A DNA stretch of 64,000 nucleotides from Bacteroidales bacterium (GTDB taxonomy: Bacteria > Bacteroidota > Bacteroidia > Bacteroidales > P3): NCBI GenBank assembly GCA_009785425.1, contig WQWI01000006.1:1304-65303 (forward strand), written 5' to 3'. The translations under genes were made by a program, and so were the position numbers. Below are positions 22,603 through 33,975 of this stretch, one piece after another; positions within the stretch are counted from its first letter, which is position 1; every line of letters begins with the position of its first letter. The notes below the pieces were generated by a model. That model saw only the letters and a list, made by a program, of their open reading frames with translations. It did no database searches and was not told the DNA's origin.

Positions 22603-25041
22603 TTAGTTTCCTCTTGCCCATCTTCTTTGAATTGCAAGTGCTTCCGCAATCGTGATGCGTTGTCCATCTATAAATGCTACGACATACGATTCTCTGCCGG
22701 CATCTAAAATTCTTTGGTTAAGCCTACGAGCTTCATTGATGTCTTGAAAATCACCCATTGTGAATTTAAAAAGTCCGTCATGATCCAAGAAGTAGGTGAG
22801 TTCCACTTCAGGTGCTGCGTTCATGAAATCGCTGAACAAATAAAGTGGAAATTCCGGCGCTTGTCTAAATGCTGCGATTTGAACTCTAAACCACAGACCT
22901 TCTCTGTTAAGCGGACAGTTCTCGTGAACTTCGTAATCTTCGCCGAGATTGTTGACTCTATTCGGATCGATAAGACGGATAGTAGCACGACGGTTGAGAG
23001 CATGTTCAGCTTCTGTTTGCGCATTTCTAATCAATGGCTCAGAATGTGAAGCGGCTCTTGTAGTCAAACGACTTTCATCAAATCCTTGTCTGCGGAGATA
23101 ATTCAAAATTGAATTCATACGACGTTGGGTCAGAGCGAGGTTATATTGAAAAGAACCACGTTCATCGGCGTGAGTTACGATTTCAAACAAAAGGTGTGGA
23201 TTATTGGCTGCAATAACAACCATTCGATCCAATTCGCGATGACCATCTCTGATAATATCGTATCGGTCGAAATCGAAAAAGATATTGTTAACAAACACCT
23301 CTTCTCCGATTTCAGAAAGTTTGGGGAAACGTTCAAAAATTACGTAATCTTGTGTTATTACGGTTCTAACAACGTCTGACTGATTGATATGACTTGGCAA
23401 AAATGCAATGTCGCCCGAAACAAAATCTTGAAGCGTAATCTGGACCCTTGTGTTTGGTGCCAAATCGAAGTACGTCACATTCCCTGCCTCGTCGGTAAAT
23501 CTTAATGTTTGTCTATCGTCTGAGGCTTCGATAAAAAGCGGTTGGTCAATAGGATGCCTTTGAGGGGTCAGGTCTATTTCCGCATCTTCGATAGGAAATG
23601 TTCTGTGAGCAATGAGGCCGGGCGTTTCGTCTCTCCCCACATCTGCCAAAGGAAAGTCGGGTTCTTCACCGAATAGAAAATCCAAAATTCTTGCTGTTTT
23701 CGGAAACGAATAAATTGCTTCTGAATGTCCGAAACCAAGGTATCTACTGCTGGTGAAAAAAATGCGGTCGATGTCCGGAGAAATAACCAGTGTATGATCA
23801 TCAAACGAGCTATTGATAGGAGCTCCGAGATGCTGAACTCGTGTGAAATTCCCATAGCGATCTGCAAATGCAACGTAGATATCCAGTCCTCCGAATCCGA
23901 CATGTCCGTTTGAAGAAAAGGCGATTGTTTCATCGTTGATCCAAACCGGGAATACTTCATCGCCCGGAGTGTTTATTAAATTTCCAAGATTTACCGGCAC
24001 ATCCCAGTCCGGATTAGTGATGATAGGCTCTTCAGTTTGTCCGCTTCCTCTTGTAGGGGTGTCAACTCTTGTAGTCATCCAAAGATCGCTTCCACCGTAT
24101 CCTTCGGCAGCCTTTGCTGCAAAAATAAGTCGTCTTCCATCCGGAGAAATTGCCGGATGTTTAACCATATTTGTCGCACCAATCCCATTGATGTGAAATC
24201 TTTGAGGAATTGACCAAACGCCATTTCGGAAAGAGGTTGTGAAAATCTCACAGTTTCCATCGTTACAACGCTGGAAATATCCGATTCGGTTCACGGGATC
24301 CCAACTAAGCGCCCCATCGTTAACATCAGCATTCCAAATATTAGAACTCAAAGGCATTGGATTTTGCCAAAGGAGAGAATCCTGACATAATGTGGCTTGC
24401 CACAGATGCGAAAACCCGTGTCCGGTTCGCAGGTCGGTTTTGGCAGGGCTCACACGTTGCGATGAACTGAAAATCAATCTATCTTCAACAATTGTCATAC
24501 CACGTTGAGAAAATGATGTGGCAATGCGATCTTGTCGTTGGATTTCACCTGCAATAATCACGGGCAAGGTGTCGGACTGAGCTAAACCAAATCTTGCAGA
24601 TGCCAAGCGATTTTGAAGTAAAACATTCGCAGTATCTTGTTTGAGTAGTATCTCATATAAGACTTCCGCTTTTTGATAATTTGCGGTTCTCAGTAGTGCA
24701 TCGCTATAAGATGTGAGGAAGCCGATTTCACGATTTCCGTTATCCCAAACCGCTCTGAAATAGACCACCGCTTCAACGGGATTATTCAATCTGCGTTGAG
24801 TTTCTCCAAGTCTTTCACGTAGATGCATTCTGAAAGGACCTTCTGCTTCTCGATGGAATGCGCGATCGTAATAACCGAAAGCTTTGAAGTAGTACCCGCT
24901 TTCAAATGCTTCATTAGCAATGTTAGTCAATCTGTTGATCCGCCCTCTTTGAGATCGCAGCTCTTGCTGTGCAACAAGAGGCTCTGTTAGGAAAACGCAA
25001 AAAATGATGGTCAGGGCTAAAGTAAATATGTGTTTCTTCAT
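22603..25041 (-). CDS. Multidomain OmpA-family protein (N-terminal TPR-like, TolB-like beta-propeller repeats, OmpA_C peptidoglycan-binding domain, C-terminal SPOR-like domain)
   Basis: OmpA_C motifs FFDFDRYDI...THADERGSFQYNLALTQRRMNSILNYL...NRRATI. C-terminus WFRVQIAAFR... Confidence 0.8.
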   Translation of the reverse strand: MKKHIFTLALTIIFCVFLTEPLVAQQELRSQRGRINRLTNIANEAFESGYYFKAFGYYDRAFHREAEGPFRMHLRERLGETQRRLNNPVEAVVYFRAVWDNGNREIGFLTSYSDALLRTANYQKAEVLYEILLKQDTANVLLQNRLASARFGLAQSDTLPVIIAGEIQRQDRIATSFSQRGMTIVEDRLIFSSSQRVSPAKTDLRTGHGFSHLWQATLCQDSLLWQNPMPLSSNIWNADVNDGALSWDPVNRIGYFQRCNDGNCEIFTTSFRNGVWSIPQRFHINGIGATNMVKHPAISPDGRRLIFAAKAAEGYGGSDLWMTTRVDTPTRGSGQTEEPIITNPDWDVPVNLGNLINTPGDEVFPVWINDETIAFSSNGHVGFGGLDIYVAFADRYGNFTRVQHLGAPINSSFDDHTLVISPDIDRIFFTSSRYLGFGHSEAIYSFPKTARILDFLFGEEPDFPLADVGRDETPGLIAHRTFPIEDAEIDLTPQRHPIDQPLFIEASDDRQTLRFTDEAGNVTYFDLAPNTRVQITLQDFVSGDIAFLPSHINQSDVVRTVITQDYVIFERFPKLSEIGEEVFVNNIFFDFDRYDIIRDGHRELDRMVVIAANNPHLLFEIVTHADERGSFQYNLALTQRRMNSILNYLRRQGFDESRLTTRAASHSEPLIRNAQTEAEHALNRRATIRLIDPNRVNNLGEDYEVHENCPLNREGLWFRVQIAAFRQAPEFPLYLFSDFMNAAPEVELTYFLDHDGLFKFTMGDFQDINEARRLNQRILDAGRESYVVAFIDGQRITIAEALAIQRRWARGN

Positions 25042-25197
25042 AGTGTTCAGATGTATGGTGACTACACCGTTTTTTTGTATTAACCGACAAAGATACGATT
25101 TTTTTGCAACAAAACAAAGTTTTTCTCATTTTTTCTCAGGATTTGGTAAATTCAATAATTTTTCGTAACTTTGCAAAAAAAATATGCCCTCTGCAGA

Positions 25198-26004
25198 ATG
25201 GAGAACCCCAAGATTTTATACGCAAATCAAGAGATGTTTCCCTACACGAAGGAATCACCGTTAGCTTTGACAGCACTGAATTTTCCACAGTATGTATCAG
25301 AAAACGAGAACGAGATTCGTGTATTTATGCCGAAATATGGCACAATCAACGAACGTAGAAATCAACTGCACGAAGTGATTCGTCTCTCGGGTATGAATAT
25401 CGTAATCAATGATGTTGACTATCCGCTGATTGTAAAAGTTGCCTCGTTGCCCAGTGCTAAAATGCAAGTTTATTTTGTGGACAACGAAGATTTTTTTAAC
25501 AAAAAAGGACACCTTGATAGAACCGGAAAGCCTTACGACGATACAGCTGTCAAACTGATTTTTTTCGCAAGGGGTGTTGTTGAAACAACGATGAAATTGA
25601 GTTGGAAGCCCAATATTGTGCATGCAAAAGGATGGTTTTCTAGTTTACTACCGCTTTACATTCGTCGGTTTTATAAAAGCAATCCGATGTACAAAGATGT
25701 GAAAGTTGTTATCTCGCTTCACAACGAAACATTCAAAGGGAAAATCAACAAAAAATTGATCAACAAGCTCAAGTTCGATAAAATTCCGGTAAAAGACCTG
25801 GAACGTTACGACGAAACGACGTATCTTGATCTTATGAAAGCCGCAATAGACTTGGCAGACGGAGTTATTGTCGCCGAAGAAGGTGTTGCACCCGAACTCA
25901 TCGCACATGCAAAAAAAACACGAACGCCCATGATGCCTTACAAAGGCGAAGAAACTTTTTTTGCCGACAGTACAAAATTCTATAACAAAATTCTTTCAAA
26001 ATAG
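25198..26004 (+). CDS. Short glycogen/starch-synthase-like protein (N-terminal glycosyltransferase-5 domain only)
   Basis: KILYANQEMFPYTKESPL, HAKGWFSSLLPLY. TAACTTTG box at 25163-25170. Confidence 0.7.
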   Translation: MENPKILYANQEMFPYTKESPLALTALNFPQYVSENENEIRVFMPKYGTINERRNQLHEVIRLSGMNIVINDVDYPLIVKVASLPSAKMQVYFVDNEDFFNKKGHLDRTGKPYDDTAVKLIFFARGVVETTMKLSWKPNIVHAKGWFSSLLPLYIRRFYKSNPMYKDVKVVISLHNETFKGKINKKLINKLKFDKIPVKDLERYDETTYLDLMKAAIDLADGVIVAEEGVAPELIAHAKKTRTPMMPYKGEETFFADSTKFYNKILSK

Positions 26005-26036
26005 GCGTTTGGCGCTTGTTTACAAAAAAAATACCA

Positions 26037-27665
26037 ATGACTGTTTTTCAACGTATGCAAAATAACCTTTTTCTTCGCTTTCTCGTTCTCGCATGTGCGT
26101 TTTCTGTGATTTTTTCGTCTTGTAGAAAAGATTTGACCTCTATGATTGGTAGTGATCTTCAGCCTGAAAATGAATTTATCGGAGCTCATTTTAACAGTTG
26201 GGATGCAAGTTTGCGTTTGGTCGCTTATACGATCGAAGACCTGCCCGGTATAACCAGCGGAGGTAATTTTTTTGCATTGGGAAGTTTCAAAGATGCGACT
26301 TTCGGAACAATCTCGGTTGATTTGATTTCACAAATTGACGAAATGTTTCGCTGGGATACTGTGCCTAATCCTGCTGATATTGTAGGCATTGATTCAGTTG
26401 TCATGATTTTGATCTATGCAGATGTGTATCCGTTTCAGGAAGTAGGCGAAGAGGTGCACCCTTTTACAGTAAGCATCGGCGAATTGGCAGAGCCACAACT
26501 TATTGATGCATGGACTCTGGACAGAACGTATTTTAGTAATGATTATCGTGCACAAATAGGTGGTGGCGGAACGATAGTGTCAGGTTTGGAAGTTCGTCCG
26601 AATCTTCGGGATTCAATAAACATTTATGCAACGGTAAGAAATCACAACGATACGGAAGATTCAATCATACGAAATCATGACGATACGGGGGATTCAATCC
26701 GAGAAAGACGTCATGTTCCAACTTTGCGGATCCCGATTTATACTGCCAATAATCCAAATATCATGGGTAGGGATTTTGGAGAGAGGCTTTTGGAGACGAG
26801 TGCAAGACTTTTACCTCAAAGCCAAAGCATTGATAGCGGTGCATCGTTTTTAAGTGAAATCCCCGGATTGTATATCCGCACACATCCGGAACTGGTCGAA
26901 GGGAGAGGAAATATCGTCACCTTTGATTTTACCGGAAATATCATTGTGCCGCAAATCCAAGTTCACTACAGATACATAAGAAGGAGAGACAATGCACCTG
27001 ATACTGTCGTCTCCAGGGTGAAGTTGTATTCTATCGACTTTTGGAATAGCATGACTTACAATTTTATCAACATAGATCGTTCTACTGCTTCTTCGCCAGA
27101 TTTAAGAGATCAGCTCGTTGATTCGACTTTGGGGCAAAATATGGTCTTCCTTCAATCGTTTTTCGGATCGCTCGTTCGTGTCGAGATGCCTGACATTCGT
27201 GATTTCGCTAACAACCTTGCCTTTGATTCGGTTGGTAACCCGATGAGAATGGTTATCAACCAAGCCAGCTTGGTTTTGACTCCTTCGTCAAATGGACGTT
27301 TCACTCCGGCAGCATCGTTTGGTATTGGTGTTTGGACAGACACCACTATTCAAGACACCGTGATGCACATAAACCAACCACCAATTGATCGTGACCTTAG
27401 GATACATCAAAATATCCGCGATCATAGCCTTGCTGTTGGTGGAGGTCACGATACAAGAGGAGGAAGAAACGAATATCGTATTTTCTTAACACGACACATT
27501 CAAAACCTTTTGTTGGATCCTGATGCGGAAAACGCTTCGTTGACCATCTTTCCAAACAATCGTCATCTCTTTCCGAATATTACTTCAATTTATGGCCCCG
27601 GACTTCCTTTAGATGACAATCGGCGTATGCGTTTGGAAATTGTTTATACGCTTATACCGAAATAA
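26037..27665 (+). CDS. DUF4270-like lipoprotein
   Basis: Lipobox FSSC. It sits directly downstream of the short glycogen-synthase-like gene, an arrangement I recall as common in Bacteroidota. Confidence 0.55.
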   Translation: MTVFQRMQNNLFLRFLVLACAFSVIFSSCRKDLTSMIGSDLQPENEFIGAHFNSWDASLRLVAYTIEDLPGITSGGNFFALGSFKDATFGTISVDLISQIDEMFRWDTVPNPADIVGIDSVVMILIYADVYPFQEVGEEVHPFTVSIGELAEPQLIDAWTLDRTYFSNDYRAQIGGGGTIVSGLEVRPNLRDSINIYATVRNHNDTEDSIIRNHDDTGDSIRERRHVPTLRIPIYTANNPNIMGRDFGERLLETSARLLPQSQSIDSGASFLSEIPGLYIRTHPELVEGRGNIVTFDFTGNIIVPQIQVHYRYIRRRDNAPDTVVSRVKLYSIDFWNSMTYNFINIDRSTASSPDLRDQLVDSTLGQNMVFLQSFFGSLVRVEMPDIRDFANNLAFDSVGNPMRMVINQASLVLTPSSNGRFTPAASFGIGVWTDTTIQDTVMHINQPPIDRDLRIHQNIRDHSLAVGGGHDTRGGRNEYRIFLTRHIQNLLLDPDAENASLTIFPNNRHLFPNITSIYGPGLPLDDNRRMRLEIVYTLIPK

Positions 27666-27685
27666 ATAGTCTGTTCTGCAATATA

Positions 27686-27839
27686 GCAGGCAGATTCCTC
27701 AGTCGCTCTGCTCCTTCGGAATGACAGCGATTATGGGGAAAGAAAGAGAAAAAGGCGGTGCGACAAAGTCGCACCGCCTTTTTCTCTCCCCTCTTTTGAA
27801 AACGCCCGTCATCCCGAACGCAGTGAGGGATCTGCTTGC
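27686..27839. mobile_element. Second copy of the ~150-bp MITE-like composite element
   Basis: The TIRs are gcaggcagattcctcagtcgctctgctccttcggaatgac and gtcatcccgaacgcagtgagggatctgcttgc. The central hairpin is gagaaaaaggcggtgcgac-aaa-gtcgcaccgcctttttctc. Confidence 0.65.
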
Positions 27840-27841
27840 TA

Positions 27842-28918
27842 TCAACTGTACACCTTCGGTTCGATCTGCCCTGTTGCAACTAACAGCCCGTTCATAGCTA
27901 AGGCTTCCATTTCACCTTCGCCCGGATGTACATAGATTTGTCCGAGATGTTTGATTCGCTCGGAAACAGCTTCAACAAAAGGTTTTCCGTAAGCAATACC
28001 ACCGGTCAAAATAATCGCATCTACTTCGCCTTTCAAAACGGTTGACATTGCACCGATTTCTTTTGACACTTGGTAAGCTAATGCATCTTGAATAAGAGTC
28101 GCTTTTTGATCGCCGGCAGTTGCTGCTTTTTCAACCTCATAGGCATCATTTGTGTTCAAATAAGCAACGTATCCGCCTTTTCCGGTAATCATTTTTTTGA
28201 TGTCGTCGTGCGTATATTGACCGCTGAAACATGCTCTTGCCAATGCACCAACAGGCAAGCTTCCCGAACGTTCCGGAGAAAACGGACCATCGCCGTCAAG
28301 GGCATTATTTACATCAATAACTTGACCTTTTCGGTGTGCACCAACGCTGACCCCACCACCCAAATGGGCGACGATCAAATTCAGTTCTTCATACTTTTTT
28401 CCGATACTTTGGGCATAGATACGAGAAACTGCTTTTGAATTCAACGCATGAAAAATAGACACACGTTCAAACGCCGGATGTCCTGACACTCGTGCGATAT
28501 CATCCATCTCATCAACGACAACCGGGTCGGCAATATAGGCTTTTGCACCGGAAATTGTTTTTGCAATATCGTCTGCAATCAAACCGCCCAAATTACTGGC
28601 ATGCAAGCCTAATACACCTGCACGTAAATCGGTTTTCATAGCTTCGTTTACCTCGTAAACTCCCGATGTAATAGGCTTTATCAGGCCTCCGCATCCAATG
28701 ACAACGTTGATGCTACTGATGTCGATCCCATCATGTTTGAGTTCGTCTAAAATAACTTTCTTGCGAAATTCATACTGATCAGTAATAGTCGGAAACGGTG
28801 CTAATTCTTCAGTAGGGTGTTTAATACTTTTCAAGAAAATTTGCTTGGAATTTACGAAAACCGCAATTTTCGTAGATGTTGATCCCGGGTTGATTGCTAA
28901 AATGTTAATTGTATCCAT
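27842..28918 (-). CDS. buk: Butyrate kinase
   Basis: ILAINPGSTSTKIAVF, acetate/butyrate kinase fold, ~358 aa. Confidence 0.9.
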   Translation of the reverse strand: MDTINILAINPGSTSTKIAVFVNSKQIFLKSIKHPTEELAPFPTITDQYEFRKKVILDELKHDGIDISSINVVIGCGGLIKPITSGVYEVNEAMKTDLRAGVLGLHASNLGGLIADDIAKTISGAKAYIADPVVVDEMDDIARVSGHPAFERVSIFHALNSKAVSRIYAQSIGKKYEELNLIVAHLGGGVSVGAHRKGQVIDVNNALDGDGPFSPERSGSLPVGALARACFSGQYTHDDIKKMITGKGGYVAYLNTNDAYEVEKAATAGDQKATLIQDALAYQVSKEIGAMSTVLKGEVDAIILTGGIAYGKPFVEAVSERIKHLGQIYVHPGEGEMEALAMNGLLVATGQIEPKVYS

Positions 28919-28958
28919 AATGTTAATTTTTTTGCAAAGGTACGAAAAAAAAAGATAT

Positions 28959-30185
28959 TTAGCTTCCTCCGCCTCCTAATTCAGGCTCTTCATCTTCGTA
29001 GATATCTTCATATTCAAGGATTTCAGCGATGAGAGAAAGAACCCGAACATCGCTGCGGTTGTTGAGCCAAATCAAGGTTCGGTTATTCTTGAAATCATGA
29101 ACATAAAACGTGCGAAAGCCTCTCCACCAGCCATGATGAAAGGCAACAGTTTGATCGTTATCGTTTAATTTCAGACGAAATCCCAAGCCGTAATCACGTC
29201 GATGTCTTTCGTCGAAAGGTCTGGCAGGCGTGAAAGCTAATTCCAATAATTCTCTCGAAATAAGTCTGTCGTTGTGCAACGCCTGATCAAATATAAACAA
29301 ATCGCTTGCCGTCGCAAAAATACCTTTGTCGCCCATTACGCCGTCTAAATAATCCGGGTGTCGAGCGAAAAATCCGCGTCTGTTGTTGAAGTCATAACCT
29401 CTCATTGCACGATAAGTATCTCGTTTTTCCCATTCAAAAACATACGTGTTGTGCATGCCGAGTGGTCGAAAAATCCGGCTATTCATAAATTCAGGAAAAG
29501 ACTGTCCGCTTACTGCCTCAATAATAGACGCCAAATACGCATAATTTGTGTTGTTGTAGTGAAATCGAGTGCCGGGATTGAATCGCAATCTCGCCCCTGT
29601 TCTTACTATCAATGGCGTGATATCAGCGTTAGTCATAAACTGACGAACATTCCAATTTTGGTGTGCTACGTGCATGTAATTCGGCAATCCCGAACGGTGT
29701 TGCAAAAGCTGTTTAATGGTTATTGTCTGAAACGGAAAGTCGGGGAGGTAGTTAACCACAGGATTGTTTATGTCTAATCTTCTTGCTTCGTACAACATTA
29801 AAATTGCTATGGCGGTAATGGGTTTGCTCGTTGATGCCAATTGAAAAATAGACGTGTCGGTCAGCGGTATTCGCCTCGTTCGTATGTCTTCAAAGCCAAA
29901 ATAGGAATTAAACAAGACTCTCCCGTTTTCCGCATAAATCACGTGTCCATTGAAACGTCCTTCGGCGAAAGCTCTTGTCAAAATGTTATAAATTCGAGCA
30001 TGTGTTGCCGAGTCGGCAGCAGTTTCTTTTCTAACTTCGACACAAACAGGTTCGTGATATATTATTCGTTCTCGCTCGATATTTGCGTAAAGTGAGAAGC
30101 CTCCTATTGCCAGTAAAACAAAGATTTTTTGATTTCTCGGCATATAAACAATCAGCCGAAGCAACTTGCGAATATATTTTTTCAT
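28959..30185 (-). CDS. Serine hydrolase, beta-lactamase/PBP4* family
   Basis: S-x-x-K motif in FQLASTSKPITA; YNNTNY (Y-x-N). Confidence 0.8.
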   Translation of the reverse strand: MKKYIRKLLRLIVYMPRNQKIFVLLAIGGFSLYANIERERIIYHEPVCVEVRKETAADSATHARIYNILTRAFAEGRFNGHVIYAENGRVLFNSYFGFEDIRTRRIPLTDTSIFQLASTSKPITAIAILMLYEARRLDINNPVVNYLPDFPFQTITIKQLLQHRSGLPNYMHVAHQNWNVRQFMTNADITPLIVRTGARLRFNPGTRFHYNNTNYAYLASIIEAVSGQSFPEFMNSRIFRPLGMHNTYVFEWEKRDTYRAMRGYDFNNRRGFFARHPDYLDGVMGDKGIFATASDLFIFDQALHNDRLISRELLELAFTPARPFDERHRRDYGLGFRLKLNDNDQTVAFHHGWWRGFRTFYVHDFKNNRTLIWLNNRSDVRVLSLIAEILEYEDIYEDEEPELGGGGS

Positions 30186-30251
30186 TGAGTTTTTTTTCGT
30201 ATCTTTGCACAAAAATAGTCAAAATAGTCAAACGATTTTTACACAACACTT

Positions 30252-31934
30252 ATGAATTTTCAACAACCCAACGTTAAAAACTTCAAACGCTACACTGTTA
30301 CAACTGCACTGCCTTACGCAAATGGACCTATTCATATCGGGCATTTGGCGGGCGTTTACGTGCCTGCAGATATTTATGTTCGCTATTTACGCTCCACAAA
30401 TCAAGACGTTGTTTTTATCGGTGGAAGTGACGAGCACGGTGTGCCGATTACGATAAAAGCCCGTCAGTTGGGCGTTACACCGCAAGATATTGTCGATAAA
30501 TATCATGAAATTATTAAAAAATCTTTCGAGGAATTTGGTATTTCACTTGATATTTATTCGCGAACAACAAACAAAATCCATCACGAAACCGCTTCCGAAT
30601 TTTTCAAAAAACTTTACGACAACGGAAAATTTATTGAGAAAACAACGGAGCAATATTTTGATGAAGCGAACAATCAGTTTCTGGCAGACCGCTACATCAC
30701 CGGCGAATGCCCGCACTGCCACAATCTCAATGCTTACGGCGATCAATGCGAACAATGCGGAACATCGCTAAATGCAACGGATTTGATCAATCCAAAATCT
30801 GCAATTAGTGGAAACACGCCGATTTTGAAAGAAACAAAACATTGGTATTTGCCTTTGAATGAATATGACGATTTTTTCAAACAGTGGATTTTGGAAGAAC
30901 ATAAAGAGTGGAAGCCTAACGTTTACGGGCAATGCAAATCATGGATTGATATGGGATTGCAACCTCGTGCGGTCACGCGTGATTTGGATTGGGGTGTAAA
31001 GGTTCCGCTCGAAAACACTGACGGCAAAGTGCTGTACGTTTGGTTTGACGCACCTATTGGCTACATTTCGGCAACAAAAGAATTGCGTCCGGATTGGGAA
31101 AAATACTGGAAAGACGAAGAAACGAAACTGCTACATTTTATCGGAAAAGATAACATCGTGTTTCATTGCATCATTTTTCCTGCGATGCTGAAAGCCGAAG
31201 GCTCGTATATTTTGCCTGAAAATGTGCCCGCAAATGAATTTTTGAACTTGGAAAACGACAAAATTTCCACATCAAGAAATTGGGCGGTTTGGTTGCATGA
31301 ATACCTGTTGGAATTTCCAAATCAGCAAGATGTTTTACGTTATGTGCTCACGGCAACCGCACCGGAAACTAAGGATAACGATTTTACGTGGAAAGATTTT
31401 CAAACACGAAACAACAGCGAACTGTTAGCTATTTTTGGAAATTTCGTCAATAGAACGATCGTTTTGATTGATAAATATTACGAAGGTAAAGTTCCCGAAT
31501 GCATGGAATTAACGGCACTTGACAAAGAAATCATTGAGGAAATTAAAACTATTCCGCAAAATGTAGCGAGTTGCATCGAGCATTACAAATTCCGTGAAGC
31601 CCTTACGGAAATGATGAGTTTGGCACGTGTCGGGAATAAATATCTGACAGAGACCGAGCCTTGGAAACTTCAAAAAACCGAGCCGGAACGTGTAAAAACC
31701 ATTCTGAATTTGAGTTTGCAGGTTTGTGCAAATTTGGCAATTATTTGTGAGCCGTTTTTGCCGTTTACAGCAGAAAAAATCAACCGCATGCTCAATCTCT
31801 CTCCACAAAAATGGGCGGAAGCCGGACGTGTGGATTTAGTTCCAACAAGGCATCAAATCAACAAAGCCGAGCATTTATTTTCGAAAATCGAGGATGAACA
31901 AATCGCTGTTCAAATGGAAAAATTGAAACAGTAA
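30252..31934 (+). CDS. metG: Methionine--tRNA ligase (core enzyme; no C-terminal tRNA-binding appendix)
   Basis: HIGH-type motif PIHIGHLAG, zinc knuckles CPHCHN..CEQCG, KMSKS variant KISTSR. Confidence 0.95.
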   Translation: MNFQQPNVKNFKRYTVTTALPYANGPIHIGHLAGVYVPADIYVRYLRSTNQDVVFIGGSDEHGVPITIKARQLGVTPQDIVDKYHEIIKKSFEEFGISLDIYSRTTNKIHHETASEFFKKLYDNGKFIEKTTEQYFDEANNQFLADRYITGECPHCHNLNAYGDQCEQCGTSLNATDLINPKSAISGNTPILKETKHWYLPLNEYDDFFKQWILEEHKEWKPNVYGQCKSWIDMGLQPRAVTRDLDWGVKVPLENTDGKVLYVWFDAPIGYISATKELRPDWEKYWKDEETKLLHFIGKDNIVFHCIIFPAMLKAEGSYILPENVPANEFLNLENDKISTSRNWAVWLHEYLLEFPNQQDVLRYVLTATAPETKDNDFTWKDFQTRNNSELLAIFGNFVNRTIVLIDKYYEGKVPECMELTALDKEIIEEIKTIPQNVASCIEHYKFREALTEMMSLARVGNKYLTETEPWKLQKTEPERVKTILNLSLQVCANLAIICEPFLPFTAEKINRMLNLSPQKWAEAGRVDLVPTRHQINKAEHLFSKIEDEQIAVQMEKLKQ

Positions 31935-31937
31935 ATG

Positions 31938-32348
31938 TTATTTTGCAAAATGGGGTCGCAATTTTTCAGCAAACCATTCAGGGCAACGGCAAGGTTTCAT
32001 CGTTTTTGAATCTACAAAGACAAGTGTTGTTGTCCCTTTGTTTAAAAGTTCGCCCTGTTCATTGTAAATTTCGTACTTGTGCAATAATTTTGTAATCGGC
32101 ATTTCGACCAACCACATTTTAACTGTTAATAACTCATCGTAACGTGCAGGCTTCTTATATTCAATGTGCATCTCCTTACAAGGCAACATCACGCCACGTT
32201 TCTCCATTTCGGAATATGTTGTTCCGAGGTCGCGCATACTTTCGTTTCGTGCCACTTCATAATATGCAGGATAATTTCCATAATAAACGTAACCCATCTG
32301 GTCGGTTTCGGCATAACGGGGTCTGAGTTGAGTTTCAAAACGATACAT
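31938..32348 (-). CDS. Acyl-CoA thioesterase, YbgC/4HBT family
   Basis: MYRFETQLRPRYAETDQMGYVYYGNY hot-dog fold signature. The upstream in-frame extension looks non-coding. Confidence 0.8.
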   Translation of the reverse strand: MYRFETQLRPRYAETDQMGYVYYGNYPAYYEVARNESMRDLGTTYSEMEKRGVMLPCKEMHIEYKKPARYDELLTVKMWLVEMPITKLLHKYEIYNEQGELLNKGTTTLVFVDSKTMKPCRCPEWFAEKLRPHFAK

Positions 32349-32427
32349 AAAAAGCCTACTTTTTTGCTGTAAATTTACAAATATTTTTCGAGAAAAACAA
32401 GTGAAAAATATTTTTTTTTTCAGAAAT

Positions 32428-32436
32428 TTATTCACA
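32428..32436 (+). promoter_or_regulatory. DnaA-box-like 9-mer TTATTCACA upstream of dnaA
   Basis: Matches TTWTNCACA. A second box, TTTTTCACA, is at 32476-32484. Confidence 0.4.
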
Positions 32437-32533
32437 TCTTTGCAGTCTGAAAACAGACAACAATCCCGACACTTGTTTTTCACAATAATCAGGTGTAAAA
32501 ATAACAACAAAGCAACTCACAAAAAGATAAGGT

Positions 32534-33961
32534 ATGGAGAATGATCACAAGGTAGTATGGAAAAGATGCTTGGACATCATTCGAGACAACATTGGAGATC
32601 CGAAGAGTTTTAAGACGTGGTTTGAACCTATCAAGCCATTGCATTTGGATAAGGGTGTGCTAACCATTCAAGTTCCTTCTCAATTCTTTTACGAGTGGCT
32701 GGAGGAACACTATATTGATCTTTTGAAAAAAGTGATCAAGCGAGAATTAGGCACAGGCGGGCGTTTGCAATATAGCATTATCATGGATGCAACGGATTCG
32801 TTTCAAGTGAAAGCTCAATCCGGAAATCGCAAGGTTTTGGAAAATCCGTTTATCAAAATTCCGGTTACCGAAGATTCGATGCGGATGGACCCTTGGATTC
32901 GTGCGGGAATGCCGACAAAAACTAAAGTTAAATCGAATTTGAATTTCAAATATACGTTTGAAAATTTTATCGAAGGCGATTGCAACCGTTTGGCACGTTC
33001 TGCGGGTTACGCTATTGCGGAAGAACCGGGAAAAACATCGTTCAACCCGTTGTTTTTACATAGTCCGACAGGCTTGGGAAAAACACATTTGATGCATGCC
33101 ATTGGTATTCAAACCAAAGAAAATTTTCCGGACAAAACCGTACTTTATGTTTCATCGGAAGAGTTCACACAACAATACGTTGAAGCAGCAAAAAATGGTG
33201 CCAAAAACGATTTTGCTCATTTCTATCAATCCATTGATGTGCTCCTGATTGACGATGTACACAAGCTTTCGGGACGCTCGGGAACGCAAGATCAACTGTT
33301 TCATATTTTCAACTATCTGCACCAAAACGGCAAGCAAATTATTTTGTCGTCTGATAAATCTCCGGTGGACTTAGTAGATATTGAAGCACGTTTGCTATCT
33401 CGCTTCAAATGGGGATTGGCAACAGATTTGGAGATTCCGGATGTGAAAACCCGCATCGAAATTTTGAAAAGTAAAATCAAAAATAACGGAGAAATAGACA
33501 TCCCGAACGATGTGGTTGAATATATTGCTTACAGTATTTCGGCAAACGTTCGTGAATTGGAAGGTATTTTGAATTCTGTTTTGGCACAATCTATACTGAA
33601 CAAACGTACGATTACACTGGATTTGGCACGTGATATGATCGACAAATTCGTAAAAAGTTCTGCAAAAGAAATTTCGATTGATTATATCAAAAATATAGTT
33701 TGCGATTATTTCCAAATTACGGTTGATGAAATCAATTCTCGCACACGTAAACGCGAAATTGTGCAAGCCCGACAATTGGCAATGTATTTTTCAAAAAAAC
33801 ACACCAAGTTTTCGTTGGCAAACATCGGTATGCAATGCGGAAACAAAGACCACGCAACGGTTTTGCATGCCTATCGCACGGTAACGGATTTATTAGACAC
33901 CGACAAACAGTTCAAGGTGTATGTCGAGGAAATTGAAAAGAAAATAAAAGTTACTAATTAG
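32534..33961 (+). CDS. dnaA: Chromosomal replication initiator protein DnaA
   Basis: Walker A GLGKTHL, LLIDDVH, C-terminal DNA-binding helix KDHATVLHA. Confidence 0.95.
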   Translation: MENDHKVVWKRCLDIIRDNIGDPKSFKTWFEPIKPLHLDKGVLTIQVPSQFFYEWLEEHYIDLLKKVIKRELGTGGRLQYSIIMDATDSFQVKAQSGNRKVLENPFIKIPVTEDSMRMDPWIRAGMPTKTKVKSNLNFKYTFENFIEGDCNRLARSAGYAIAEEPGKTSFNPLFLHSPTGLGKTHLMHAIGIQTKENFPDKTVLYVSSEEFTQQYVEAAKNGAKNDFAHFYQSIDVLLIDDVHKLSGRSGTQDQLFHIFNYLHQNGKQIILSSDKSPVDLVDIEARLLSRFKWGLATDLEIPDVKTRIEILKSKIKNNGEIDIPNDVVEYIAYSISANVRELEGILNSVLAQSILNKRTITLDLARDMIDKFVKSSAKEISIDYIKNIVCDYFQITVDEINSRTRKREIVQARQLAMYFSKKHTKFSLANIGMQCGNKDHATVLHAYRTVTDLLDTDKQFKVYVEEIEKKIKVTN

Positions 33962-33975
33962 GTTAATAACGGGAA

